This document shows, one piece after another, positions 14,237 to 27,701 of a stretch of DNA of 64,000 nucleotides. Position numbers and translations under genes: made by a program. The notes beneath the pieces were generated by a model, which had not been told where the DNA came from, searched no databases, and saw only the letters and a program-made list of their open reading frames with translations. How positions within the stretch are numbered: position 1 is the first letter of the stretch; every line of letters begins with the position of its first letter. This stretch comes from Eledone cirrhosa (taxonomy: Eukaryota). Where the stretch lies: NCBI GenBank assembly GCA_964016885.1, contig OZ024745.1, forward strand, positions 126,604,001 to 126,668,000, given 5' to 3'.

Positions 14237-14240
<4 letters not shown>
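13890..14240 (+). mobile_element. About 350-bp HHR-bearing non-autonomous element (retrozyme-like), copy 1
   Basis: Colinear with 17127-17479 from GAGATAAAATTT to ACCTTGATT, then (TA)n. Confidence 0.8.
14087..14168 (+). ncRNA. Type I hammerhead ribozyme, canonical core
   Basis: GCCTT CTGAAGA ATGCTCC..GGAGCAT GAAA CCGCGG TA AAGGC; perfect stems I and II, palindromic stem III, GUA site. Confidence 0.85.
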
Positions 14241-14291
<51 letters not shown>

Positions 14292-14295
<4 letters not shown>

Positions 14296-14465
14296 ATTCG
14301 GGACCTCGCCGGCTGAGCTCCAGCCGTTTCGACAGATAGATCCGAAAATCGCATCTAGGTGTCGAAACGGGCGGAGCTCAGCCGTCGGTGTCCTGAATCT
14401 TTTCATAATACCCACTCTACTACCCCAAGTATCGAGTACTCTGGTGCGTTATGGTCCTCATGGCA
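14292..14465. mobile_element. Fold-back element with the 3' half of an HHR; relatives at 22386-22540 and 26937-27003
   Basis: Arms 14292-14333 / 14360-14402; GAAA CGGgcgGAGCTCagCCG TC; shared tail GGACCATAACGCACCAGAGTACTC. Confidence 0.65.
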
Positions 14466-15143
14466 TTTTATCGCACCTGTTTTGACACACACACACACAC
14501 ACACACACACACATTACACATACACACATGCATCTCTGAATCAGCAAAGAAATATGGAACAACAATAACAGTTAAAAAATTTCTCGATTGCTTTTTTCTA
14601 TTTTAACTCACTATTCTGCCGAAGAAATGCTTATATACATAGGAACGATCGACTTTCGTCAAATCGGACCGAGGGAACAATGTTTCCGTTGGACTTTCCA
14701 ATTGTTAATACTATCTATCGGTCGCAACTCCAGGTAGAAGAAGCAACGTGAAATAAAGTGTCTTGCTCAAGGACATAACGCATCACCTGGTCCAGGAATC
14801 GAACGATTGCGAATCCAATTCCCTAACCACTCAGCCACACGCCTCCTAAAACACTGTCCTGGTATGTATATAAGCATTTCTAACATTAATTTTTACCTAA
14901 TTATGTATGGTTGACCGTGTATTTAATTAATTTCCACGTGCTGTTGAAATGTTGGGTAAATATTCTATAGTGGTTGTATACGAAGATGCCACAGTAGCGT
15001 ATTTATTTACTGTTTCTTCATAGATGCCTTTTATTCTTATAGCCTGGTCTAATTGATTTTTTGTGTGGTTAATTATGCTGATTGGGAGTAGAGATGATGT
15101 ATATATATTATCAAATAATTCTCTGGACATGCTTTACTCTATA

Positions 15144-15191
<48 letters not shown>

Positions 15192-15508
15192 TCGTGTGTA
15201 GGAGGTTTATTATTTTTATCTATTATCTTCCAACGGCTTTTTAATTTCTCTGTGAGACAATATATTTTTTTTTCTTAGTTGTAAAGGCCATCTCTCTCTC
15301 TCTATCACCCATCTCTCCCCCTCTCTCACCCTTCCTTCTTATACTCCTTCCCCACCATTCTTTGCTCTCATCTCTTCCTCTTCCTTACCTTTTCTAACCC
15401 CCCCTCACTTTCTCCCAATCTCATACATCAATCTTAATTTATTTTTCATATGTTGATTTAAAACTTCACTATTCACAAGTGTTTTTTAAGCTTCATATCA
15501 TGTCTCCC

Positions 15509-15579
15509 TATTTTATCTGATGAGAACGCAGATATCATCCCATGATGATATTTGTTTTTGAAATGCGCATAATATAATA
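15509..15579 (+). ncRNA. Type I HHR motif
   Basis: TATTTTAT CTGATGA gaacGCAGATATCATC ccat GATGATATTTGTtttt GAAA TGCGCA TA ATATAATA. Confidence 0.75.
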
Positions 15580-15609
15580 CTTGAAACTCTTTTAACCATC
15601 TTTTGATCT

Positions 15610-15647
<38 letters not shown>

Positions 15648-15654
15648 TGTATAA

Positions 15655-15845
15655 ATTGAGTTAGGAACTCAAAATAGTCTCTTACAACAAAATAGCTCTA
15701 AGAAAGAGATATTTCTGAGCCGTATATTATAATAGAATATAAAAGAAAAACTAACACAGATATATAGATATATGTGTTCAAATCGTAAGGGACCAGATTC
15801 GTTAGATATCTGTGTTCGTTTTTCTTTTATATTCTATTATAATAT
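15655..15845. repeat. Fold-back element between (TA)n tracts (arms about 15724-15764 / 15805-15845)
   Basis: ATATTATAATAGAATATAAAAGAAAAACTAACACAGATAT and its near-perfect reverse complement; no HHR core seen. Confidence 0.75.
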
Positions 15846-15898
15846 ATATATACATATATATACATGATATATATATGTATATATATATACATAATATA

Positions 15899-15937
<39 letters not shown>

Positions 15938-15938
15938 T

Positions 15939-15980
<42 letters not shown>

Positions 15981-15982
15981 TA

Positions 15983-16015
<33 letters not shown>

Positions 16016-16016
16016 T

Positions 16017-16048
<32 letters not shown>

Positions 16049-16052
16049 TGTA

Positions 16053-16108
<56 letters not shown>

Positions 16109-16147
16109 CCCTTTGCCTCCTTATCTGCCCCCCTCTCTCCCTATAAA

Positions 16148-16184
<37 letters not shown>

Positions 16185-16622
16185 AGAGAGGGGGACAGAT
16201 AAGGAGGCAAGGGGTGGCAGAGGCGGGGGGGGGGGGCTAGAATAAAAGTGACAGACAAATATTTAAAAAACATGTTTTTGTTAAATCTCGAAAACAACTC
16301 CACCTTCTCCCTCTTAATACCATCTTTTTTTCTACAGGCAGTTCGCCCTTTCACTCATTTCTACCCCCACCTTCTCCTACTACCCCCCCCCCCCCCACAC
16401 ACACCTATTGATTGCTCAACCGACTTATTATCCAACCAAAATCTCATGTCTGTTATAATTCATATCATCTTAGCCAATATATATTCATGCTGGGTTTATT
16501 ACAAGTTAATATATATTTATGCCAAATTAAAATGGGATACTTTTTATGTATACATACATGCATGAATCTACATCTGCATGTTTGTGTGTACTTATGTTGA
16601 ACACACACACACACACACACAT

Positions 16623-16700
<78 letters not shown>

Positions 16701-16759
16701 GTGTATGCCACCTCCTCTCTTGCTTTTTGTGTCCCGCTCCTCTCTCTCTCTTTCTCTCA

Positions 16760-16791
<32 letters not shown>

Positions 16792-16809
16792 GTGTGTGTG
16801 TGTGTGTTA

Positions 16810-17100
16810 TGTATTTCCGTAGAAAAGTTAAAGGAAAGAAGAGTGCTCTATGTATAGTACAGAGCTATCTAATTATATAATAAACAACACAATATAATTA
16901 TTCCATTACCCAAGGTTTCACGAAGTTAGACGATTCTAACAGAAACCTCTAGTTCGTTCATCAGAAGGAATCTTTATTTGGATGTAAGATATGAAGTTAA
17001 AATCTGTTGAACGAATTCAGACGCTTCTGTTAGAATCGTCTAACCTCGTGAAACCTTGGGTAATGGAATACTTCTATTGTGTTGTTTATTACATAATTAT
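16810..17100. mobile_element. Head-to-head fold-back element with two HHRs (16901-16970 minus; 17004-17068 plus)
   Basis: Minus: TTCCTT CTGATGA ACGAA..TTCGT GAAA CCTTGGG TA ATGGAA; the plus copy has CTGTTGA; flanked by microsatellites. Confidence 0.8.
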
Positions 17101-17126
17101 ATATATGTATATATATATATATATGT

Positions 17127-17601
<475 letters not shown>

Positions 17602-17673
17602 TTAATTATATATATATAATTATATATATATATGTATATATATATATAATTATATATATGTATATATAATTAT

Positions 17674-17736
<63 letters not shown>

Positions 17737-17849
17737 ATTATTTCTATATATAATTATATATATATATAATTATATATATATATATATAATATATATATAT
17801 ATATAATTATATATATATATAATATATATATACATATATATATAATTAT

Positions 17850-17955
<106 letters not shown>

Positions 17956-17971
17956 AATATATATATATATA

Positions 17972-18575
17972 CCATTTATGTTATGTTGTTTACCAATGGA
18001 TAGAACTGATGATTCCCACTAGTAAATCATGATGCAATAAATTAAAGCACTCGCCGTTATACAGATCATCCATCGTAGGTGTGTTATCCCGTAGCTGGTG
18101 CAGGAACGGAGTTAAATATTTATTAAAAAGAACAGACAGAATGCCTTCCTGGAAACTTTCTTTAACATTTCAAATCCGCGAACACTCTATATATATTTCA
18201 ATGGTCCAGTTTCGTCATCCGATCACGACATAGACGATTTCATCAGGTGTAGATTGCAGAATTGGTTATATAAAATAACAGGGATACGGCGATCAAAAAC
18301 AGAGAATAGAAAATAGAGGCTATATTTGGTTCGAAGATGACTTGCCGTTACAATAACACCGAATTGGCAATCAATCCTCGAATCAAATATATCCTATATT
18401 TTCTATTCTCTGTTTGTGTTCGCGTAGCTCTGTTGTCTTATATAACTAATTCTGCAATCAACACCTGATGAAATCATTTAAGTCTTGCATCATGTTCAGA
18501 TGATGAAACTGGGCCATTGAAATATATATAGTGTTTTTGCGGATATAAAATTTTAAAGAAAGTTTCCAGGCCGAC
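17972..18575. mobile_element. Fold-back element with about 200-bp arms (18148-18347 / 18366-18570) and two divergent HHRs
   Basis: Plus 18461-18534: ACAC CTGATGA AAT..ATT GAAA TATATA TA GTGT; mirror copy on minus at 18182-18250; one-sided tail runs to (TA)n. Confidence 0.75.
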
Positions 18576-18675
18576 CTTCTGTTGTTTTACGTACATACAT
18601 ACATACATACATACATACATACATACATACATACATACATACATACATACATACATACATACATACATACATACA

Positions 18676-19177
18676 CGTCATCGCGGTACTATCTACCTAT
18701 GAGGTATGATGTAGTGGCCAAAACACTGTACAAAGCTATCAGTAGAAAAGATAGCCCCGATAATAAACACATTAAAAGCTACAGCAATGTGGAAGACATC
18801 CATGTACATAATATGAAAGAATACTGGTGGAATGTTTCAGTAAAAACCCGATATTATGATATAGGACAGGGAAAAGAAGGCGTGCACAGTAGTGGAAGTT
18901 AGCAGATGCCAATATAATATCAAAGATTAGCGAAAAGGAGAATATTTATGAAGAACTTATGAGAAATCTGCAGATACTCCACCCTGATTACACCTTCAGA
19001 TGTATGCCTGTGATTATTGGGGCACTGGGGTATGTTAGTAACTGCCTCAATACAAATCTTGAGAAGCTGGGCTTCACAGAAGCAGAAAGAACACGACTAA
19101 TTAGGAAATTACAAGTACAATTCATTAATGGTACAGTAAAAATATGTAAAACATTCCAAAAATTCTGCATCAAATAA
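18676..19177 (+). mobile_element. R4/Dong-clade non-LTR retrotransposon 3' fragment (RLE domain)
   Basis: [11 protein letters not shown] (RHD-like), YWWNVSVKT, then across frameshifts PDI..VVEVS, EKENIY..L, PVIIGALG; begins directly after (TACA)n. Confidence 0.8.
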
Positions 19178-19726
19178 CTGCATATACACTTGTACAGATA
19201 CAAAGCATATGCACCTGTACATATACAACTCAAAAGATACACATCCATACCTGCACACACATGCATGCATGCATGCATGCAGACATGCAGACATATCTAT
19301 CTCGGTAATGGTGTGTAAATTCCAATGAGAGAGTCTTGTAACTATGTTAGAAACCGACTCTCTATTGGCAAACATTTGTGAAATTATAAAACCAGAATAA
19401 CATACATACATGCATGCATGCATGCATACATTTTATCGTGACATAGCATTAGGAAGGTTGTCATATCTTCAAACTCTTTGTTTTACAATATTTTACGGAT
19501 GCATACTCTTCTTGTCATCAACCTCTTTACAGAATTCTGGCACTCTCGGCTCTCTGAGTTCAAATCCCATCGAGGTCAACTTTGTTTTTAATCCTTTCGA
19601 GGTCGATAAAAAAAAAAGTCCCATTCCAGTACGTGTGTTTACTTCCAGACGAAATTTAGCTTAAGCTGGGACTACTTGTGCCAAACATTCAGCGCTGACT
19701 ATCTTAAATGTTTTATTAAAATAGAA

Positions 19727-20048
19727 GGCACTCCGTCGGTTATGACGACGTGTGTTCCACTTGATCCTATCAACGGAACAGCTTGCCCGTGAAATTAACG
19801 TGGAAGTGGGTGAGTATTCCACAGACATGTGTATCCCTAACGTAATTCTCAGGGAGATTCAACGAGACAGAGAATATGACATGGCTGGCCATTCGAATTA
19901 CAGGTATAACTCATTTCTACAGCTGAGTGGACTGGAGCAATGTGAAATAAAGTGTTTTGTTCAAGGACACAAGGTGACGCCGGGTACCGAACTCACGAAC
20001 TTACGATTGAGAGCCGACTGCCCTCTTAACCACAGAGCCACGCACCTT
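19727..20048 (-). mobile_element. CORE-like SINE, subfamily B2; also 42828-43145 and 51217-51495
   Basis: tRNA-like head plus shared body GAAATTAACGTG...CAGGGAGATTCA...GTGGACTGGA in three copies. Confidence 0.8.
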
Positions 20049-20821
20049 CGCGGTTTATTGACAAATAAATACACTACCAACTGTCATTACAAAATTAACA
20101 AAACAAGACAAAAAAAAGTAACTTATATGAGAAAAACAGAAACTCTAATTCCACCTTATCTGTCATATATGAATAATATTTTGAGGATTATTCGAGAACA
20201 ACATTATTATTACACAAATATCGAAGTCAACGACCTCATAATGCGCAACAAACTTTTTTCTGTCAAGCTACGTGAGAGTATATATATATATATTTACATG
20301 TTGCTACCACTCCAGCATTTCTCTGATTGACAACGAGTCATTTACTGATAAACAGCCTTCAAACTGTAACACACAGAGACGCCGTTGCTTTTATTAACAT
20401 TTACTAATGCTACTGCAATAGTTACTATTTCTCTGAACTTGAAATGTATATATCAGCTCGGTACACTTGTTACATCTGCTTCTCCAGTTCTCATCTATTA
20501 AAACCGATGCAGTCTATCGACCTACTTGTAATAACATTGAAATTACTCTCAAACGATACACTGTCTTAACATCACCACATAACCCTTAGATATCTTCTGT
20601 AGAAACCCGTCTGTAACAAACATTTGAGCCTGGTTCCCAGTTTGAGGATAATTTCCTCTCTTCCTCCTAACGGTCACGAAACCCATGAAAAAATTGATGT
20701 TCGTTTGCCTCCGTCTTAAAACTAAACCACTAAAAAGAGACACATAGTTCTTCTCAGTCAGGAGATTGACCTTAGTCTAAACTACAACGACTCTCATCTG
20801 CATTATGTTACAGTAGACAAA

Positions 20822-21041
20822 GGCGTCGGATTGGCAGTATCGGTAGAGCGCCGGACATTATGCATTGTGGCATAGTTATGACCCTTTCCCTTCTGAGTTC
20901 AAATCCCGCCGATTCCTCTGAGGTTAACTTTGCCTTTTAAACTTTTGGCGCCGATAAAATAAAGCACCAGTAATGCATTGGGGTTGATTTAATCGACTTT
21001 CCCATCCCCCCAAATTGCTGGCCTTGTGCCTATAGTAGAAA
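20822..21041 (+). mobile_element. Full-length SINE family A with TSD
   Basis: A and B boxes; flanking direct repeat CATTATGTTA(C/T)AGTAGACA; more copies at 21185-21716. Confidence 0.85.
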
Positions 21042-21996
21042 TCATTATGTTATAGTAGACAGTTCTCCAAAACTGAAAATCCTTGGAATTTTTCCCAGGC
21101 AAAACTGGTCCAGTATCGACAGATGCTGAAACTGGTCATCAACTACATAGAACTCGTCACTCTAATTAATAAATAGGTATTGATGTCTAATTTAGGCAAA
21201 AGGCCAGTAATATTGATGGACAGTGGTAGCTGATTAGATCAACCTCAGTACTTGACTTGTACTTTGTTTTATCGACACCGAAAGTTTACTTCAGCGAGAT
21301 TTGCACTCAGAACTCAAAGAGCGTGAACCATCAACAAATAATGGTTTCTGATTTAGGCACAAGGCCAACAATTTTGGGAGACAGAAAAGTCGATGAAATC
21401 CACCTCAGAACTTTATTATACTGGTACTTTATTTTATCGACCCCGAAAGGTTAAAAGGCAAAGCTAATATTCGGAGGAATTTGAACTCAGAACGTAAAGG
21501 GTGGTAACTTTATGCCGCGAAGCATGGTGTCCGACACTCTAACCGATACTGTCAACTCACCGCCCTAACATGAACAAATAATGCAGCAAAGATGGTCTGA
21601 GTACAAATCCCGCCGAGGTTAACTTTGCTTTTCATCCTTACGAGGTCGATAAAATAAAGTACCAGTAATGCACTGGAATAATTGTTGGCCTTGTGCCAAA
21701 AGTAGAAATAATTATTACAATCAAATTAATCTTCAAAAGCAAATAATTAACACTCACAAATTTCTACCATGATTAAATAAATCTACTTAGGTACACAAGC
21801 AGAAAATCATAAATAAAAATTTGCAGTAACAAACACAGAAATCAAATTTTAACAAATTATATAACAACCAATTAACATAAAGCGGAAATTACTCGTGTGT
21901 ATGTCAGGAGAGAGAAAGAGAGAGGGTAATAAGCAGCCATACCTGCTTAAAATATCTACATGTACGCACACGAACACACACACTTAAATATATATA

Positions 21997-22339
21997 CAGT
22001 TGTCCCCCGTTATTCGCAGGGATTACGTTCCTAGTGCATCTGCAAAGAGTGAAAACCGCGAATACTAGAGGTGGTCCATAAAAATGCCTATAAACGTCAA
22101 AATATTACGTAAAACATAATAAAAAAGAGGGAATGTCTTATGTGAAGGGGCGTCCAATAGGCCGGCAAATACGGCGTATTGTTATTAAAATATATATTGC
22201 CACGAAAAAAGCCATTAAAAAAATCGCGAAAGATATTTACGATTCTGCGAATATGCAGTGGTTTCCACGACCAATTATTAATTAGGTGCTAAGGAAATTT
22301 CCGCGAATAACAAGGACCATGAATGCCGAGGGTACACTG
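21997..22339. mobile_element. Tigger/pogo-like MITE
   Basis: TA-CAGTTGTCCCCCG...GAGGGTACACTG-TA; homologs at 41990-42350 and partial 52148-52350. Confidence 0.8.
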
Positions 22340-22341
22340 TA

Positions 22342-22378
<37 letters not shown>

Positions 22379-22548
22379 TATATAATGAAGGAAGTGTGGT
22401 AAGGAACCAGGTGGACCATAACGCACCAGAGTACTCGATACTTTGGGTAGTAGAGTGGGTAATGGGAAAAAGTTCAGGAATAGTCCAGAAATAGCCGTCG
22501 AAACGGCCTGAGCTCTGCCGTCGGGGTCCTGAACCTTTTTTCTCTCTC

Positions 22549-22621
<73 letters not shown>

Positions 22622-23193
22622 ATAATCGTTTATCTTTCTGATTAACGTATGTGTGCACACTGAGCAATGAGTTTGTATTTCAAAAGTGCCGCCCCCATAA
22701 AAGTGTCACACCGGGGCGGACTGCCTCTCCCCCTCCCCTCTAGCTACGCTACAGATTAAACCCCATCCACACCCACGCCACAAGAAAAAGTTGGTTGGAG
22801 TTTCGAGCAAAGTATGAACCATAAATAATGAATCCATCTAAAATTTATTCTGCAAATTTAATGTAAAAGTATTCAAGAGTTCAGTGAAGACACGTGGTTT
22901 ATATTTAGAGAATTGGATTCGCAATCGTGAAGTTACGAGTTTGACTCCTGGACCGGGTGATGCGTTATGTCCTTCAGCAAGACACTTTATTTCACGTTAC
23001 TCCTTCTGCCAGGAGTTGCTTCTGGTAGATAATTTCAGTAATGAAAAGACCAATGGAAACATTGTTTCCTTCGTTCAATCTGATGTGTTCTCCACCACTT
23101 GGTAAGCTAATGGGACCTATGATCTTGTTGATTGTTAAAACAAAAAGATCAAGAGTTTTCTAAAGTTTAGAGTGTTATTGTGATTGTCTAAAA

Positions 23194-24039
23194 CAGGCAT
23201 GCCAGACATGCGGCCCACGAGCCGCATGTGGCCCTTTACAAGCACACCTGCGGCCCGCACAAAGGTTTTTACAGCACGAGCATGTTTTATCTTCGTAAAA
23301 TTAGTTGTAATGTGCGCAATTAGTTGTAGTGTGTGGTCCTCAGACAACACATATGTGACCCATGTGGCCCTCAGACAACACATATGTGACCCATGTGGCC
23401 CTCAGACAACACATATGTGACCCATGTGAACCTCAGACAACACATATGTGACCCATGTGGCCCTCAGACAACACATATGTGACCCATGTGGCCCTCAGAC
23501 AACACATATGTGACCCATGTGAACCTCAGACAACACATATGTGACCCATGTGAACCTCAGATAACACATATGTGACCCATGTGACCCTCAGACAACACAT
23601 ATGTGACCCATGTGGTCCTCAGACAACACATATGTGACCTATGTGACCCTCAGACAACACATATGTGACCCATGTGGCCCTCAGACAACACATATGTGAC
23701 CCATGTGGCCCTCAGACAACACATATGTGACCCATGTGGCCCTCAGACAACACATATGTGACCCATGTGACCCTCAGACAACACATATGTGACCCATGTG
23801 GCCCTCAACAACACATATGTGACCCATGTGACCCTCGGACAACACATATGTGACCCATGTGAACCTCAGACAACACATATGTGACCCATGTGACCCTCAG
23901 ACAACACATATGTGACCCATGTGAACCTCAGACAACACATATGTGACCCTCAGACAACACATATGTGACCCATGTGGCCCTCAGACAACACATATGTGAC
24001 CCATGTGGCCTTTGGGGGTCTCTCAATTTGACATGTCTG
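23194..24039. mobile_element. hAT (Charlie-like) MITE containing a minisatellite
   Basis: Termini CAGGCATGCCAGA / TTGACATGTCTG with subterminal GCGGCCC motifs; TSD not clear. Confidence 0.65.
23333..24010. repeat. 31-bp minisatellite, about 22 units
   Basis: Unit CCTCAGACAACACATATGTGACCCATGTGGC; no unique spacers. Confidence 0.95.
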
Positions 24040-25072
24040 GCCCCTAAATTCAACGATGAAGTTGTTGTTAACTGATGAGCCTGTTCATTCTTTATTGGAT
24101 AAACATACATTCAACGCAGTAAAAAATGCTATGATTACTCTACTCTTTTTACAGTCTCGCGTTTACACAAACGATTATTTCTTTACTTGATAATGTTACC
24201 AAATATTTAAGCAGTAGTAACCTTGAAATGTTAAAGATCTCAGCTTAAAATTTTAAAATAATAAAATAACTAAACAAATGAATAAATAAATGAATTATAT
24301 AAATAAAACACTTGATATAAATTCTAAAAATGAACTCTGTAAGTCAGATGGTAATATGTAACTGAAAATGTTTCAGTTTCAGTTTAAATGTCAGTCTAGG
24401 AATCTTCATTGTTAATGACATTTTCGTCTATTTTAGGGAATAAAAAATATAAATAAATATAAAAATACACATATGCATGACACTTGATAACGTTGCTATA
24501 TGCAAAGCAATAACCTTGAAATCTAAGGGTTTTCGCGGCCCAACCACTGAAAATAGACAATATAAATTTAGTAAAGACAATTTGTAAGTAGCACGTTGAA
24601 AATATTTAAGAGTTTTCTCAATTGCGATATGTGAATTTGTAGATTTAGCAGAAATTGCAAACTAAATGTCTAACGTTCTTTCTGTCTCTAGGGACTTTAG
24701 CAAATTGTAAGCTATTAAATTTCAGTCCTCTATTCTCATAGCCAGATCTGTCAACGACCAAAACATATCAGGCATTGAATAACGTTAATAAACAAAGAAG
24801 ACTTTGTAGGCTTCGAACGTATCATATACCATTTAACTATATTTTTTATCAAGAATTGGTCGTATAGAACCCCCTCTATAATCTTGTGGAGAGATTATCC
24901 AGAAATTACATGGGACACATTGTTCTAATTTAAAAACTATCAGTCTGAAAGAGAGAACATTTTCAAGCTAGTCTTTAAAAATCTTCCAAGATTGGTGATG
25001 CCATATACTATCAAGGACCTACCAACTATAAACAAGATCTTCCAATCTATGGAGGTTACAAATGATTCAACA

Positions 25073-25316
25073 ACAGATCAAGTTTCCCACCACTCTACAC
25101 CAGATCAAACCTCCCACCACTCTACACCAGATCAAACCTCCGACCACTCTACACCAGATCAAACCTCCCACCACTCTACACCAGATCAAACCTCCCACCA
25201 CTCTACACCAGATCAAGCCTCCCACCACACTACACTAGATCAAACCTCCCACCACTCTACACCAGATAAAGTTCCCCATCACTCTTTACCAGATCAAACC
25301 TCCCACCACTCTACAC
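25073..25316. repeat. 27-bp minisatellite, about 9 units
   Basis: Unit CCAGATCAAACCTCCCACCACTCTACA. Confidence 0.95.
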
Positions 25317-25696
25317 TACTCACCGAATTACAAACACAGAAAAATCGGCCACTTAAGGTTACATAATTTCATATTTTCGTATCCACACAATACAACTTTG
25401 TATGTGGTGGTTGTCACAACAACCTTTACGCCAACGACCCTTCAAACAATACAAGTTATGTATAATTCTTCTGTCAACTATTTTTACATATGTTCAAAAT
25501 TTTTCCTTTCATAAGCTTCCAAATATGTTTCATTGTACTAATTTCAATGAAATCCGCTTCTATATTGTAAATGAGATTACATTCATTTACCAAACTTGCA
25601 GCTGGTTTAAGCGATAAGCTGTTTACCAACCTAGTCGTTAGATTAGGGTTGAATACCGGGACTTAAACGACCGCTTCCTTTTCGCGCTGGTCGCCG

Positions 25697-25906
25697 TTTA
25701 TATTTGATATATATATTATCCTTATCGAGCCCTCTTTGGGCTCGATAAGGATAAATATATATCAAATATATAAGAACCGTAGAGAAAATATTTATTAAAA
25801 TAATAGATTAAAGTTTAAGCAAAGAATCGCTGTTTAAGCAAAGATCCCGTTAAGGGTGAAAGCAGCGATTCTTTGCTTAAACTTTAATCTGTTATTTTAA
25901 TAAATA
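25697..25906. repeat. Two adjacent near-perfect hairpins (25697-25772; 25789-25906)
   Basis: TATCCTTATCGAGCCC/GGGCTCGATAAGGATA and AAAGTTTAAGCAAAGAATCGCTG/CAGCGATTCTTTGCTTAAACTTT. Confidence 0.85.
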
Positions 25907-25907
25907 A

Positions 25908-25944
<37 letters not shown>

Positions 25945-26727
25945 CGAGTGTGTGCATGCGTGTGTGTGTGAGTACATGTGTGCGCGCATGCATGTTTGCG
26001 TACGTGTGTGGAGGGCGCGTGGATGGGTGTACGTAAAAGGGAGGAGTGCGAGTGTGTTTTGTGTGTCGAAATTTGACTCATTATTCTTTGGTGGATTGGC
26101 AGTATCTGTAGAGAGTCGGACACCATGTTTTGAAGCATAGAGTTACGTCCCTTTATGATCTGAGTTCAAATCCCTCCGAGGTTAACTTTGCCTTTCATCC
26201 TTACGGGGTCGATAAAATAAAGTACCAGTAATGTACTGGGTAATTGCTGGCCTTGTGCCTAACATAGAAACAATTATTCTTTACACATTGCCTTGCCTTG
26301 CCCACCGTGTTCCTGTTTTCTTTGGGAAATCTGTTGTGTAGTTGATCACAAAATTGAGGCCAAACTGTTAAACAATGCCGATTTTCACGAATCTGCTTTG
26401 CATGAGTTTCGCTGCTTTTGAATAACACAGGCATGTTCCTTTTCTAACGCTTTTTTAAAAAATAGTATATCAATTAAACCTCAATACAAGTTATGTTTCA
26501 TTTTTCAGTAGTCTATTTTTATGTGTATTCAAAATGTTTTCTTTTATAAACTTCTAAATATGTTCCATTGCATTGAATTCAATGATATTTGCTTCTATAT
26601 TGTAAATATAGTTTTCCCCACCAAACTCGATGTTGGTTCAAACAAACTTGCAGGCGATCTTGGCATATGACTGGTAATGTGTTGTTTTTGTTTTGTTTCC
26701 GTTTTAATCATAATAAAGTACAAAGTC

Positions 26728-26809
<82 letters not shown>

Positions 26810-27114
26810 CGTGCGTGCGTGCGCGTGTATTAAAGTAATTACCAAATACGTTTTTACATTAAATATTGATTTACGAACGTTTCGTCCCCTTACTAAGACT
26901 TTACAAAATCAGTTATATATATATATATATATATAACGAAAGAAGTGTGGTAAGGAACCAGATGGACCATAACGCACCAGAGTACTCAATACTTAGGGTA
27001 GTAGTTAACGGAAATCTTGGTTAACGGAATGTTGAGATAATTCTTCTAAACATCTACATGCACACTTACATTTTTTGGCGGCTTATCAAAGAGCTGGAGT
27101 TCTTTCAACCCAGC

Positions 27115-27510
27115 TGTTTCAATATATTGCCTTTATTCTTGATGCGACGGATGGGACCTTTGGCACTTGAAAATGGCGTTCTGTTCGTGGGCTGGTCCGG
27201 CTGTCAATGTCAAAGTTTGCTGCTACCCCTTCCAGAATATTCCATAAGTGTGTCACTGCGTATCTCTCCCGTCTTCGCTCCAGGGAGTAAAGCTTTAGTT
27301 CTTCCAGCCTCTCCCAGAAGCTCATCTCTTTCATTGAGGCAATGCTCTTGGTGTAGCTTCGTTGGATTCTTTCAAGTTCTGTGGTTAGTTTGTCACGGTG
27401 GGGCAACCACAGCTGAGAGCAATAGTCCAGTCGGCTGCGGTCGAAAGCCATCCTGAGGACCAACATGGTTTCCGGATCCATTGTTCTGAAAGTCCTCAGA
27501 ATCCACAAAC
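27115..27510 (-). mobile_element. CR1-group LINE C-terminal fragment
   Basis: WILRTF...RSRLDYCSQLWLP...LERIQR...WERLEELKLYSLERRRER. Confidence 0.85.
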
Positions 27511-27643
27511 AAACAAACCGAGCATTATAATAAATGTTCGGTAAATCGAAACGTGCATATATATATGTGTGCATGTATGTATATATATATACATACTACT
27601 GTACGTCTGTATACATATATGTATGTGCGTATACATACATACT

Positions 27644-27697
<54 letters not shown>

Positions 27698-27701
<4 letters not shown>

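Noticed and set aside
18148-18570. A-to-I editing signature between the inverted arms
   Set aside because: Arm differences include transversions and indels with no clear A-to-G bias by eye; consistent with age
19752-20330. 192-aa ORF
   Set aside because: Largely an antisense reading of a SINE running into AT-rich DNA
20822-20910. tRNA genes at SINE heads
   Set aside because: A and B boxes are present but continue into SINE bodies without a complete cloverleaf
23333-24010. CRISPR-like array of 31-bp repeats
   Set aside because: Units are contiguous with no unique spacers, there are no cas genes, and the context is eukaryotic; it is a minisatellite
24992-25366. Protein with PDQTSHHST repeats
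   Set aside because: A 27-bp unit is in frame by arithmetic; no homology or splice support, although an exon cannot be excluded
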